Shown piece after piece: positions 1 to 11,904 of a stretch of DNA of 64,000 nucleotides. Position 1 is the stretch's first letter. Every line of letters starts with the position of its first letter. Source of the stretch: Octopus sinensis (Eukaryota); contig NC_043003.1 in assembly GCF_006345805.1 (NCBI RefSeq), positions 101,184,001-101,248,000 of the forward strand, written 5' to 3'. The position numbers and the translations under genes were made by a program. A model generated the notes under the pieces. It worked only from the letters and a program-made list of their open reading frames with translations. It did not search any database and was not told the origin of the DNA.

Positions 1-440
1 TGTGGTTTCAATTGCGAAACAGGCAGTATGGAAGACGAGGATGAAAGGGGTGATAGCAGGCAACTTCATCTCTGGTTCTAGTCTGGTGGAATATTTTAAA
101 TTCCACCTAAAAAGACAAATAGAACAAGAGAGGAGGGGCCTGAGTAAGAAAGTGTTCGATGAAAGATGGAAGAATATTGTGAGTAAAAGGACCCTCATAA
201 ATGCGAGGTAAGCCGGAAAAAAAAGAAGGAAAAAAACCTAAGATCAGTGTCGTGGCGGGGTTTGTGGGGTCCGTAAGCCCGCCCCACTCCATCTGTGAAA
301 TTGCTTGTGTAAAAAATGTCCTATCATCCGAATTATATATTGATTTGTAAATTTTTAATAGACCCCAACGCATATTCATGTAAAATCATTTGTGATGTTC
401 TGTCTTTATATGTATAACCGTATGGTGAATAAAGAAATAA
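1..440 (+). mobile_element. Tx1/L1-clade LINE 3' end (ORF2 C-terminus plus 3' UTR)
   Basis: ORF 2-211 (YFKFHLKRQIEQERRGLSKKVFDERW) aligns by eye with the C-terminus of the Tx1 copy near 17270 (FFNYHLSSKIRLEKRCLSRDMFAKR); AATAAA near 428. Confidence 0.7.
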
Positions 441-529
441 GAGCTAACAATTCCAGTCTGTTATATATTTTGAGTATTGTTATCACTAGCGATATCAAGA
501 TATAACTTTGTATTTTGTATTTTATGTGT

Positions 530-815
530 AGATGTATATATATAGATGTACATGTAATATGTACACATATATATACACATATATACATCCACTAGCACTA
601 TGACCCGGCAACGACGGGTCTTTAATGCTAGTATATGTATATATACATACACATATATACATATACATACATACATATATACATATGCATACATATATAA
701 TATATGTATATATACATACATACATATATACATACATACATATATACATATGCATACATATATAATATATGTATATATACATACATACATATATATATAT
801 ATATACTTATATTCT
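530..815. repeat. Compound (TA)n/(TACA)n microsatellite
   Basis: Seen directly; source of the Y/I/H/T-rich spurious ORFs. Confidence 0.95.
591..632. mobile_element. 42-bp Helitron-terminus-like palindrome
   Basis: ACTAGCA-ctat-GACCCG-gcaacga-CGGGTC-tttaa-TGCTAGT: a GC hairpin followed by CTAG on either strand; resembles the start of the element at 3498. Confidence 0.55.
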
Positions 816-834
816 CTTATGTTTCAACCTTGAG

Positions 835-2055
835 GTTGTGGCCATGTTGGGACACTGCCAGTGTAATCACCTTTCAATTGGCCAATTCTGTGTGATTGAT
901 TTTTGGTGAAGGAATGAGTTCAATACCATTGCCCTTTTCTTAGTTTCCTGCCCTAATATTGGTTCGTCTGAGATCTTGGATAACAAGAGGTCAAGATGTT
1001 TCTTGGAAACAACTACCACCACCCCATGGAGATTCCTCAGATGTTTTGGCAAGGCATTAAATAGCTGCAGGCCCTTGAATCCCAAGCAACAAATCACAAG
1101 TACATGGTTCTCACCTTAGATGAGACAGCTGGGACTTTTGGAACAGTGCAGTGACGTCCAATTCAAGGTCTGGTATAATTCTCAATTTCAAAGTATGGTG
1201 CCAGTTCCTCCAGTATCTTCCACACATATATGAATGCATATCTCTCCTGTCTTCACTCCTGGGAGGAGAGTCATAGCTCTCTTAGTCTCTCCCAATAGCT
1301 CAGCTATTCCATTGATGCAATCTTCCTCATGTAGCATCGCCGAACCACCTGAAGTGTAAGGTGACCACAGTTGAGAGCAGTAGTCCAGATGGCTGAGGAC
1401 AAATGTCCTCCATAGGACTAGCATAGTTTTCTGGTCCCTTCATCTGAAGGTTCCCAGAATCCATCCAGCCATTCGCTTGTACATTGCCCCCATTTTTGTG
1501 ATATGCATGTAAAACGAGGCATTGTTGCTTATATCAATCCCAAGATCATGCACCATATGTGATTCAAGGATTGCTGCTCCTTTTGGTCCAGAGTGTCATT
1601 GTTGTGACTTCTGACTACCAATTAGCTGGTAGCAGAGAGTTTGGAATTTGCCTGCATTAAATAGCATGTTGTTGTTCTCAGCCCATTTATACATGACATC
1701 TAGGTTTTTCTGTTGGCATCAGAAAGTTTCTTGACAGCTTGTGCTACTTTTGTGTCATTGGCATAGCTAGTAAATGTGGCTGTATGTGTAACTGATGCCA
1801 TGTCTGAAAGAACCACCATGAACAGCAGCAGCCACAATATAGTTCTTTGGCACATTCCACTTTCTATTACTGTCTCCGTTGAGGCAGCCCCATTCGCTGC
1901 TAGAGCCTGGCTTCTGTCTTTTAAGAAGTCATACAACCACTCTGAGTTTCCCACTTATGCTGAGTCTCCATAGTTTGTGACATATGATGCTATGACTAAC
2001 CTTATCAAAGGCCTTTGCAAAGTTGAGATATATCACATCCAGACTTGAGTGATTC
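835..2055 (-). mobile_element. Decayed CR1/L2-type LINE fragment (RT and C-terminus)
   Basis: Minus-strand peptides DVIYLNFAKAFDKVSH, TSYANDTK (YADD-like), FVLSHLDYCSQLWSPY and GLQLFNALPKHLR; many stops and frameshifts. Confidence 0.85.
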
Positions 2056-2180
2056 ATTAATTGTTTCAACACTCAGTCATAATATATACACAAACATACA
2101 AACATATATACATATATGTATACATACATACACATGTATATACACATACATACACACACACACACACACATATATATGTA

Positions 2181-3446
2181 TTGGGTTGGCAACTAAGTTC
2201 CTGCGGTTTTTTTAAATTTAAATTTTTTTTAAAGTTTAATCAAAAATAACAACTAATTAATCAATAATGTATTCACCCTTGTTGTTTACAACTTCATCCC
2301 AAATTTCAACATGATTTTTAATATCTCATTGGTGAAATTCACCCGATTTCAACTCGAAAAATTGATCCAACCAAGCTCTCAATTCTGCATTAGTACTGAA
2401 CGAAACTCCATGCATAGCATTTGAAAGAGATCAAAAGAGGTGGAAATCCACTAGTGCCAAATCAGGAGAGTACGGTGAGTGTGGCAGCACTTCCCAGCCA
2501 TGCATTTGAATGGCTTCTTTGGTCATATTGGCGATATGAGGTCGGGTGTTGTCATGCAGCAGAACTCCATGCTGTCGATTAGGTTTTTTTCTCTTGAATA
2601 GCTGTGTTGAGTTGTTCCATCTGTTGAACATAGAGTTCTGCATTGACCGCTTGGTTCTGTTCAAGCAATTTTCAATGGATAATCCCTTCCCAGTCCTACC
2701 ATACGCACAGCATCATTTTACATGGATGAAGATCTTGTTTCACGCTCGGTGCCGCTTGTTTACCAGGACTAAGCCATTCCTTACGCTGCTTCATATTGAT
2801 GTACAGGCACTATTTTTCGTCGCCAGTAACGATTCAGTAAAGAAATCGTTGCTTGTGTCCATGAGCGGTGACGAGCAAGCAAACCAGCTGAGATTTTTGT
2901 TCTTATCACTTAAAGCATGCGGAACCCATGCTCCATACTTCTGAACCTTTCCCATCGAGTGAAGATGCTTCTCTATAGCAGTGTGAGAACATTCCATTTT
3001 CTCTGCCAAATCCCTTGTTGTGTGACGAGATTTTTTGTGCAAAGGTTGGTTTAATTGCTCTTCATCGAACTCAACTGGATGGCCAGAACGAGGTGCAACT
3101 TTGAGGTCAAAATTTCCATTTTTGAACTTGGCATACCAATCACGAGCAGTTCTTTCAGCAATGTCACCCTCTCCATACACAACACAAATGTCACAAGTGG
3201 CTTTTGCGGCCTTAGAAACTTGGTTAAAAGCAAAAAGGAGGTGTCGAAAATGCTCGTTTTTCTTAACTTGACATTCCATTTTAATGATCTCAAAATAAAC
3301 AAAATTTAACTAAAATTAACTAGAAAAAAAAAAAGATTTGAAAATGACTCAAAAATAGAATTCTCGAAAAAAATAGATTCCAAAATTTAAAACACAATAA
3401 ATTCCAAAATTTAAAAAAAACCACAGGAACTTAGTTGCCAACACAA
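2181..3446 (-). mobile_element. Full-length mariner (DD34D) transposon, disrupted transposase
   Basis: TIRs TTGGGTTGGCAACTAAGTTCCTGCGG / CCACAGGAACTTAGTTGCCAACACAA, TA on both sides, 1266 bp; HTH N-terminus, WVPHAL, HDNTRPH and YSPDLA motifs in ORFs 2791-3279 and 2431-2664. Confidence 0.95.
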
Positions 3447-3497
3447 TACATATATACATACATACATATATACACAAACATATATATATATATATAT

Positions 3498-3876
3498 ACT
3501 AGCAGTATCGCCCGGCGTTGCTCAGGTTTGTAAGGGAAATAACTATAAAGCATTTTTAGAGAGTTATAGCCAAAAAATAGCAAAAAAATGGAAAAAAATG
3601 ATAGTAAATTTTTTTTTAGAGTTAAAAAAGGTGGAGTTGCGTCCCCTAGACGGTCTGTGGTTTGGGTTTCTGATTCTCGACCCCATGTCGAATTTATCGA
3701 TTTTTTTCAGAACTGGGGGAACTTTTCAAAATTTTCGCTGCGTTAGTTTTGAATTATGACATTGGGCTATGTGTGTGTCAAGTTTCATCAGAATCGGTTG
3801 AAAGCTGTGGTCAGAGTGAGGGTACGAGAAAACAGACACACAGAAAACGCACAGACAAACTGCCGTTTATATAGAT
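3498..3876 (+). mobile_element. Non-autonomous Helitron/Helentron-like element (HINE/Lep1 type)
   Basis: Starts ACTAGCAGTATCGCCCGGCGTTGCTCAGG; ends AAGTTTCATCAGAATCGG...ACAGACACACAGA...TTTATATAGAT, the typical HINE terminal layout; sits in (TA)n. Confidence 0.7.
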
Positions 3877-3913
3877 ATATATATATATATATATATATTT
3901 ATTATATAGAAGG

Positions 3914-3964
3914 AGCTTCTACAGGACTAGAACTGTTTCATTCAAGAGAAATCTTCAGGAAGCT
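3914..3964 (-). ncRNA. Type I hammerhead ribozyme motif (left palindrome arm)
   Basis: Exact reverse complement of the 7315-7365 motif. Confidence 0.85.
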
Positions 3965-5042
3965 AGTTAACAAGAATTGTATTGGCATTTATACATTTAG
4001 GCAGGTTTAACGGGGTGTTGGTGGGGGACTTTTTTGGGGGTAGGCATAGCGCAAAATATCATACTTGGGGGAGTGGTCAAGGAGTCAGTGTTAAATTAGA
4101 TAGAAGAATAAATAAAAAAATAAAAAATAAAAAATAAAATAAAAAAATAAAAAAACCTATATATAAAAAAAACCTATATATAAAAAAAAGGGGGAATAGA
4201 GTTTTAGGTAAATAAGGAGATTCTCACTTATACCTATGCACACATGTATACATACATACACACACATACAAACATATATGCATATACATACACACATACA
4301 TACACACACATATATATACATATATATACACTTACACATACACATACATATACATATCTACACATACACATATATGTATACATACACACACTCACATGCA
4401 TACACGTATACACACATGTATATATACACTCACGACCTCACATACATATACGCACAGAAAAATATATATACACATACACACACATACTCACATACACGCA
4501 TACACACACATATCCACACACACACACATGCACACACAGCACACTAGTCCCTATATACACATATATACACATACACACACATATACACACACATACATAC
4601 ATATACATACATGTATACATATACATATGTGTACCTATGCAAACCTACACATACACACATATATATACACATACAAATACAGACCCATTCCCTAATTTTA
4701 ATTTTATTATCTTCGTTTATTACTTTTGTTATCTTTGGCCGCTTGGTCACAAACATCTTGGCTATGACAGCCAGTCCATTTATCTGTCTACTGGAAAACA
4801 AGCACTCATTCACTCACGCACACTCTTTAGCACGTACTCTCACTCATTCGTACACTCATACACATACACGCACGCACGCGTTATATTCATACATACATCC
4901 ATCTACATACATTCACGTATATACACATACGTACGCGTACCTACAGATTTATGTCTACACTCTTAGAAGGCTAGTCTATATATATACACCAATAAATATA
5001 AATACACACACATACATATACACCTACATACAAATACATACA

Positions 5043-5087
<45 letters not shown>

Positions 5088-6211
5088 TCACATACATATA
5101 TACACATATATACACACACACATATATACACACACATACGCATACACACACATATACATATATATACACTACACGCACATACACATGTACATGCGTACCC
5201 ATACACACACACACACACGCGCGCATCCATATATACACATAAGTACACACATGCGTAAAAGTATACATATATCTATGCTTACACATACACACACACACAC
5301 GCGCCTCCTTATATTCATACTTACATGCATACTCAAAAAATAAGTAAATAGTAAAATATATATACGCGCAGTTATTCGTACATGCATACTCAAAAAATAA
5401 ATAATAAATATTAAGTATATGTACGTGCAGTTACCTATTATATAGACGGATACATACATATAAACTTACACACATATATATGTATATATATATATATATA
5501 CATATACATACATATATACACATACACATACACATACATATATACATACATATATATATACACACACACATACACATACATATATACATATATATACATA
5601 CTTACACACATGTACATATAAATACACACATAGATAACTTTACGTACCTACATAAAGTACGTAAAGTTATCTATGTGTGTATTTATATGTACATGTGTGT
5701 AAGTATGTATATATATGTATATATGTATGTGTATGTGTGTGTGTGTATATATATATGTATGTATATATGTATGTGTATGTGTATGTGTATATATGTATGT
5801 ATATGTATATATATATATATAATATATATGTGTGTAAGTTTATATGTATGTATCCGTCTATATAATAGGTAACTGCACGTACATATACTTAATATTTATT
5901 ATTTATTTTTTGAGTATGCATGTACGAATAACTGCGCGTATATATATTTTACTATTTACTTATTTTTTGAGTATGCATGTAAGTATGAATATAAGGAGGC
6001 GCGTGTGTGTGTGTGTATGTGTAAGCATAGATATATGTATACTTTTACGCATGTGTGTACTTATGTGTATATATGGATGCGCGCGTGTGTGTGTGTGTAT
6101 GGGTACGCATGTACATGTGTATGTGCGTGTAGTGTATATATATGTATATGTGTGTGTATGCGTATGTGTGTGTATATGTGTGTGTGTATATATGTGTATA
6201 TATGTATGTGA

Positions 6212-6245
<34 letters not shown>

Positions 6246-7314
6246 GCATGTATGTATTTGTATGTAGGTGTATATGTATGTGTGTGTATTTATATTTATT
6301 GGTGTATATATATAGACTAGCCTTCTAAGAGTGTAGACATAAATCTGTAGGTACGCGTACGTATGTGTATATACGTGAATGTATGTAGATGGATGTATGT
6401 ATGAATATAACGCGTGCGTGCGTGTATGTGTATGAGTGTACGAATGAGTGAGAGTACGTGCTAAAGAGTGTGCGTGAGTGAATGAGTGCTTGTTTTCCAG
6501 TAGACAGATAAATGGACTGGCTGTCATAGCCAAGATGTTTGTGACCAAGCGGCCAAAGATAACAAAAGTAATAAACGAAGATAATAAAATTAAAATTAGG
6601 GAATGGGTCTGTATTGTATGTGTATATATATGTGTGTATGTGTAGGTTTGCATAGGTACACATATGTATATGTATACATGTATGTATATGTATGTATGTG
6701 TGTGTATATGTGTGTGTATGTGTATATATGTGTATATAGGGACTAGTGTGCTGTGTGTGCATGTGTGTGGTGGATATGTGTGTGTATGCGTGTATGTGAG
6801 TATGTGTGTGTATGTGTATATATTTTTCTGTGCGTATATGTATGTGAGGTCGTGAGTGTATATATACATGTGTGTATACGTGTATGCATGTGAGTGTGTG
6901 TATGTATACATATATGTGTATGTGTAGATATGTATGTGTATGTGTAAGTGTATATATATGTATATATATGTGTGTGTATGTATGTGTGTATGTATATGTA
7001 TATATGTTTGTATGTGTGTGTATGTATGTATACATGTGTGCATAGGTATAAGTGAGAATCTCCTTATTTACCTAAAACTCTATTCCCCCTTTTTTTATAT
7101 ATAGGTTTTTTTTATATATAGGTTTTTTTTATTTTTTATTTTATTTTTTTATTTTTTATTTTTTTATTTATTCTTCTATCTAATTTAACACTGACTCCTT
7201 GACCACTCCCCCAAGTATGATATTTTGCGCTATGCCTACCCCCAAAAAAGTCCCCCACCAACACCCCGTTAAACCTGCCTAAATGTATAAATGCCAATAC
7301 AATTCTTGTTAACT

Positions 7315-7365
7315 AGCTTCCTGAAGATTTCTCTTGAATGAAACAGTTCTAGTCCTGTAGAAGCT
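7315..7365 (+). ncRNA. Type I hammerhead ribozyme motif (right palindrome arm)
   Basis: AGCTTC-CTGAAGA-tTTC tctt GAAt-GAAA-CAG ttctagtc CTG-TA-GAAGCT: 6-bp stem I, intact core, 4-bp stem III, GUA site at 7357-7359. Confidence 0.85.
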
Positions 7366-7637
7366 CCTTCTATATAATAAATTAATTTTACTCTGCTTTG
7401 TATTGAGTACCTTATTTACTGTGGTTAACCCTGAATCAACCCGGGACCTACATATATATATATATATATATATATACATACACACACACACACACACATA
7501 TATACAAATATACATACACACATACAAGTAAAAAGTTCATTATAGGCATGTATAAGATAAAAATCTTATATAAAACACTACTAACAATTATAAAAATGGA
7601 GAAGAGATGTTAAAATTTCAAATTAGAATTTAATTTC

Positions 7638-7739
7638 CACATACGACCGTTTCAAATGGCAATACACACATGTAAGAGAAAACATTAATTATAACAATAA
7701 TAATTAAAATATTTATGTATTACCATACTCATCAGTGTA
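7638..7739 (-). ncRNA. Minimal hammerhead motif with long stem II
   Basis: Minus strand: ACA-CTGATGA-gtATGGTAATACA...TGTATTGCCATtt-GAAAC-GGTC-GTA-TGT. Confidence 0.8.
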
Positions 7740-7893
7740 AAAAATTGAAGGAAAACATCAAAAAAGGTATTACCAACAAACTTTTAGAAGGAAAAACAAA
7801 GAGAAGCTGACCAGATATTTGCAAATAAATTGTAAAAGGGGAAAAAGGAAGAGAAACAGGGACATGTTAATGTATTTTCATGTCTATCTGTGT

Positions 7894-7953
<60 letters not shown>

Positions 7954-8049
7954 AGAAGAATCTGTAGATAAAAAAAAAAAAACTCACTGACATATATTTA
8001 TATATGCATAAATTAACCCTATGAATTTCTTGGACTATCTTATAAAAAC

Positions 8050-8160
8050 TCTCTGATGAAGTACCCTAGTACCCTAATTTTATCTACAAATTTACAATAC
8101 ACTGAAAAAAGGAAATAACATACAGGGTACTGTGCCCTCTTGGCTGAAACAACTGTAAGA
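8050..8160 (+). ncRNA. Degenerate hammerhead motif
   Basis: TCT-CTGATGA-AGTACCCT...AGGGTACTgtgccctcttggct-GAAAC-AACT-GTA-AGA; the 5' strand of stem II is partly deleted. Confidence 0.65.
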
Positions 8161-8445
8161 AATTGCTCTTCTTTCTCTTTTCTAGAAATTACTAATACTT
8201 TACACATGTATTCATACATTAACTGAACTGTTTAAAATAAATAAATGCAAATAATATAATGTAACTTATTACCCTTGCCTAATTATTATACTCAGTAGGG
8301 TGATTACCATGCAATAACCAACACTTGTGTATTAATTAGGTATTCTACCAGCAGTATATTGGATAGATACTATCCTTAGTTGGTTGGATTCACAACCTCT
8401 AACTTACCTTCTTTATATATACATATATCTATACACACACACATA

Positions 8446-8505
<60 letters not shown>

Positions 8506-8511
8506 TACATA

Positions 8512-11500
8512 TATGCAGGTTGAACTTCTTAAGATCATTGTTTGCTTATGAATTCTGCCAAATGCGAGCTCTCTTTTCAGGTACATGACGCCACTGTCCC
8601 CCGCCCCAGGGTCTCTAGGGCCCATTCCTCCCACACTGTCAGAGTTGGCACTCTCAACGTCAGCACACTGAAAGGTAGGTCTGGTGAGATTGTTGAAATG
8701 CTTGAACATAGATGTGTTGATATGTGCTGCATCCAAGAAGTAAGGTGGAGAGGAGGTTCTGCTAGGTTCCTCACAGGCAAAGAACACAGGTACAAGATTT
8801 TCTGGGCAGGGAACACTGACGGGGTTGGGGGCATGGGTATACTTCTCGCTGAAAAATGGGTAGATAAGGTAATAGAGGTAATCAGAGTAAGTGACAGAAT
8901 ACTTAAGATTAGATTAGTGCTTCATCATGGATTAGCAACCATTATATCGGCCTATGCCCCTCAGCCAGGGCTACCCAATGGACAGAAAGACTGATTCTAT
9001 GACACCCTACTGCAGACTGCCTTGTCGACGAATGACAGAGATCTTCTCTTTGTGGCTGGTGACTTCAATGGTCACGTTGGATGACATGCTGGGGTCTTCC
9101 ATGGTGTACATAGAGGCTATGGTTATGGTTCCCGCAACAAGGAGGGAACCAGGCTGCTGGAGTTCTGCGATGCAAATGATCTTATGGTTTGCAACACTAA
9201 CTTCAGGAAACCTACCAGCCACCTAGTCACCTACCGATCGGGCCGACATACCAGCCAAATTGATTACATCCTTGCCAGGAAAAGGGAAAGATGGCTGCTT
9301 ATAAATGCCAAAACCTTCCCAGGCGAAGAATGTACCCCACAACATAGACTGGTAGTTAGTGACTTTAGGATCAGGACTAAGAGGACGACCTGAAGACGAC
9401 CAACATGGAGAAGAAGGATCTGGAAACCTAAAGATCCTGCGAATGGACAGAGACTTAGGGACATATTACTTGAAGCCTTTGATGAAGTAGAAGGGGATAT
9501 AGCTTCACATGGGGTAGAAGACAACTGGAGGTCTCTAAGAGACCAGATCTGTGGCTGGTGCAAAGTCCCCTCTCGACCCAAAATAACGTGGTGGTGGAAC
9601 AATGTCATAGACAGGGCTATTAGAGAAAAGAGACAGGCTTGAAAGAACTGGAAAAATGGTGGTAGCAGGGAATTGTATCAAACTACCAAAAGAGAAGCTA
9701 GGAAACAGGTTTATTTAGCCAGAGGGGAAGCAGATAAGAAAAAATTTGCCAATGTTCTGCGCCGAGACGACCAAAGACTTGAGGTATTCCATGTTGCAAG
9801 ACAGTGTGTGAGAGAGAATCGTGATGTGGTAGGAGAGAAATGTGTTCGCATGGATGATGGCTCACTTGCGCTGAATGAGGATGCAAAGAGAGAGGTTTGG
9901 AAACACCATTATGAGAGGCTGCTAAATAAGGAAAATGAATAGGATAAAGAGAGTCTGTCGAATGTCAACTCAACAGAGGGACTAGCTATCTAAGTTGACA
10001 GTTCCTCAGTAGTTAAGGCAATTAGAAGCATGAAGACAGGGAAAGCCCCAGGCCCACCAGGAATTACTGCAGAGATGCTCAAAATATCTGGTAGTGTCAG
10101 CTATAGCCTAGTCACCTGTATAGTTAACCAGGTGATACACGAAGGAGTCATACCCAATGACTGGTGTAGCAGCATAATAGTCAACTGCTACAAAGGTAAA
10201 GGTAACGCTTTAGATACAAATAATTACAGAGGTATCAAGCTGTTGGATCAGGTAATGAAGGTTACGGAGAGGGTCATAGCCCAACTGATTAGGGAGAGAG
10301 TCAGCTTCAATGAGATGCAGTTTGGTTTCGTGCCAGGGAAAAGCACTACTGATGCCATATTTCTGGTGAAACAGCTGCAGGAGAAATACCTAGCCAAAGA
10401 TAAGCCTCTGTACCTGGCTTTCGTTGACATGGAGAAAGCCTTTGACAGGGTCCCCCGATCCCTTATCTGGTGGTCAATGAGGAAACTAGGGATAGATGAA
10501 TGGTTAGTGAGAGCTGTGCAAGCCATGTACAGAGACGCTGTAAGTAAGGTGAGGGTTGGCAACGAGTACACTAAAGAATACAGGGTAGACGTAGAAGTCC
10601 ACCAAGGTTCAGTTCTCAGCCCCCTCCTATTTATCATAGTCCTCCAGGCAATAACGGAGAAATTCAAGACAGGATGCCCCTGGGAGCTCCTATATGCTGA
10701 TGACCTTGCTCTAATTACTGAGTCACTATCAGAACTAGAGGCAAAGTTTCAAGTGTGGAGACAAGAATTAGAATTGAAGAGCCTTAAAATCAACCTAGCT
10801 AAAACCAAAGTCCTAATATGTAGGAAGGCAAGCAAATCACAAATGCCTTCAGGTAGATGGCCCTGCACGATCTGTAGAAAAGGCGTAGGTAGAAACTCTA
10901 TAAGATGCACCAAGTGTAAGCTATGGACACATAAGAGGTGCAGCAATGTCAAAGGAAGGCTAACTGGGAAGATAGTTTTTGTATGTGGCAGATGCTCAGG
11001 AGCAATAAACACTGAAAATGCTCAGAGACCAACTTCCGCCACATTCCAGGGAGAAAAACTAGAAATTGTTGATAGCTTCCGTTACCTAGGTGACCAAGTC
11101 AGTAGTGGGGGCAGGTGTGCAGAAAGGGTAACTGCTAGAGTAAGAATAGCCTGGGCAAAGTTCAGAGAGCTGGTGACAAAGGGCCACACCCTAGTGGTTG
11201 AGGGAATCTGTGGAATAGGTAGACCCAGGAAGACCTGGGATGAGGTGGTAAAGCACGACCTTCAAACATTAGGCTGGTGACAAAAGGCCTCTCGCTCAGA
11301 ATAAAAGGCAGACTGTATGACGCATGTGTATGAACAGCCATGCTACATGGCAGTGAAACTTGGACCGTGACTGCTGAGGATATGCGTAAGCTCGCAAGAA
11401 ATGAATCCAGTATGCGCCAATGGATGTGTAATGTCAGTGTTCATACTCGACAGAGTGTAAGTACCTTGAGAGAAAAGTTGGACCTAAGAAGCATCAGTTG

Positions 11501-11895
11501 TGGTGTGCAAGAGAGACGTTTGCACTGGTATGGTCATGTAGCGAGAATGGATGAAGATAGTTGTGTAAAAAAGTGCCACATCCTAGCGGTTGAGGGAACC
11601 TGTGGAAGAGGTAGACCCAGGAAAACCTGGGACGAGGTGGTGAAGCACGACCTTCGAACTTTAGGTCTCACCGAGGAAATGACCAGAGACCAAGACCTTT
11701 GGAAGTATGCTGTGCATGGGAAGACCCGGCAGGACAAGTGAGACCATAACCCGTGGCCTCTACCTGGGACGTAGCCAGCCCATTTATGCATATCTTTCCT
11801 TCTTGTGACACAAACCCTACTTGTGAAGACCTGTTGAGGCAAATGAAAATCAAAATCAAAATCAAAATCAAAATCGATCAACATCAATGGAAATT
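8512..11895 (+). mobile_element. RTE-clade LINE copy 1 (APE, RT, PHD), disrupted
   Basis: TLNVSTLKG, CIQEVRW, GDFNG and QIDYIL (APE); FVDMEKAFDRVPR, QGSVLSP and LYADD (RT); stops at 8992, 9391 and 9940; (AAATC)n after the ORF. Confidence 0.95.
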
Positions 11896-11904
11896 GTAGC
11901 TGTT

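Larger units (their letters stand above)
3897..7382. repeat. 3.5-kb near-perfect palindrome (arms 3897-5647 and 5657-7382, 9-nt spacer CTACATAAA)
   Basis: Centre TAGATAACTTTACGTAC-ctacataaa-GTACGTAAAGTTATCTA; ends TTTATTATATAGAAGG / CCTTCTATATAATAAA; the unique cores (about 4690-4980 and 6310-6600) look like identical reverse complements. Confidence 0.97.

Noticed and set aside
406-7043. Long Y/I/H/T- or V/C/M/Y-rich ORFs (also at 24.3 kb, 43.4-44.7 kb and 61.9-62.7 kb)
   Set aside because: They are translations of TA/CA/TACA microsatellites, which lack stops in some frames.
10698-10710. CTGATGA or CTGAAGA words at 10698, 19536, 20829, 29243, 29352, 30540 and 42363
   Set aside because: They fall in coding sequence (YADD codons, transposase, host exon, PLE ORF) with no paired stems or GAAA partner.
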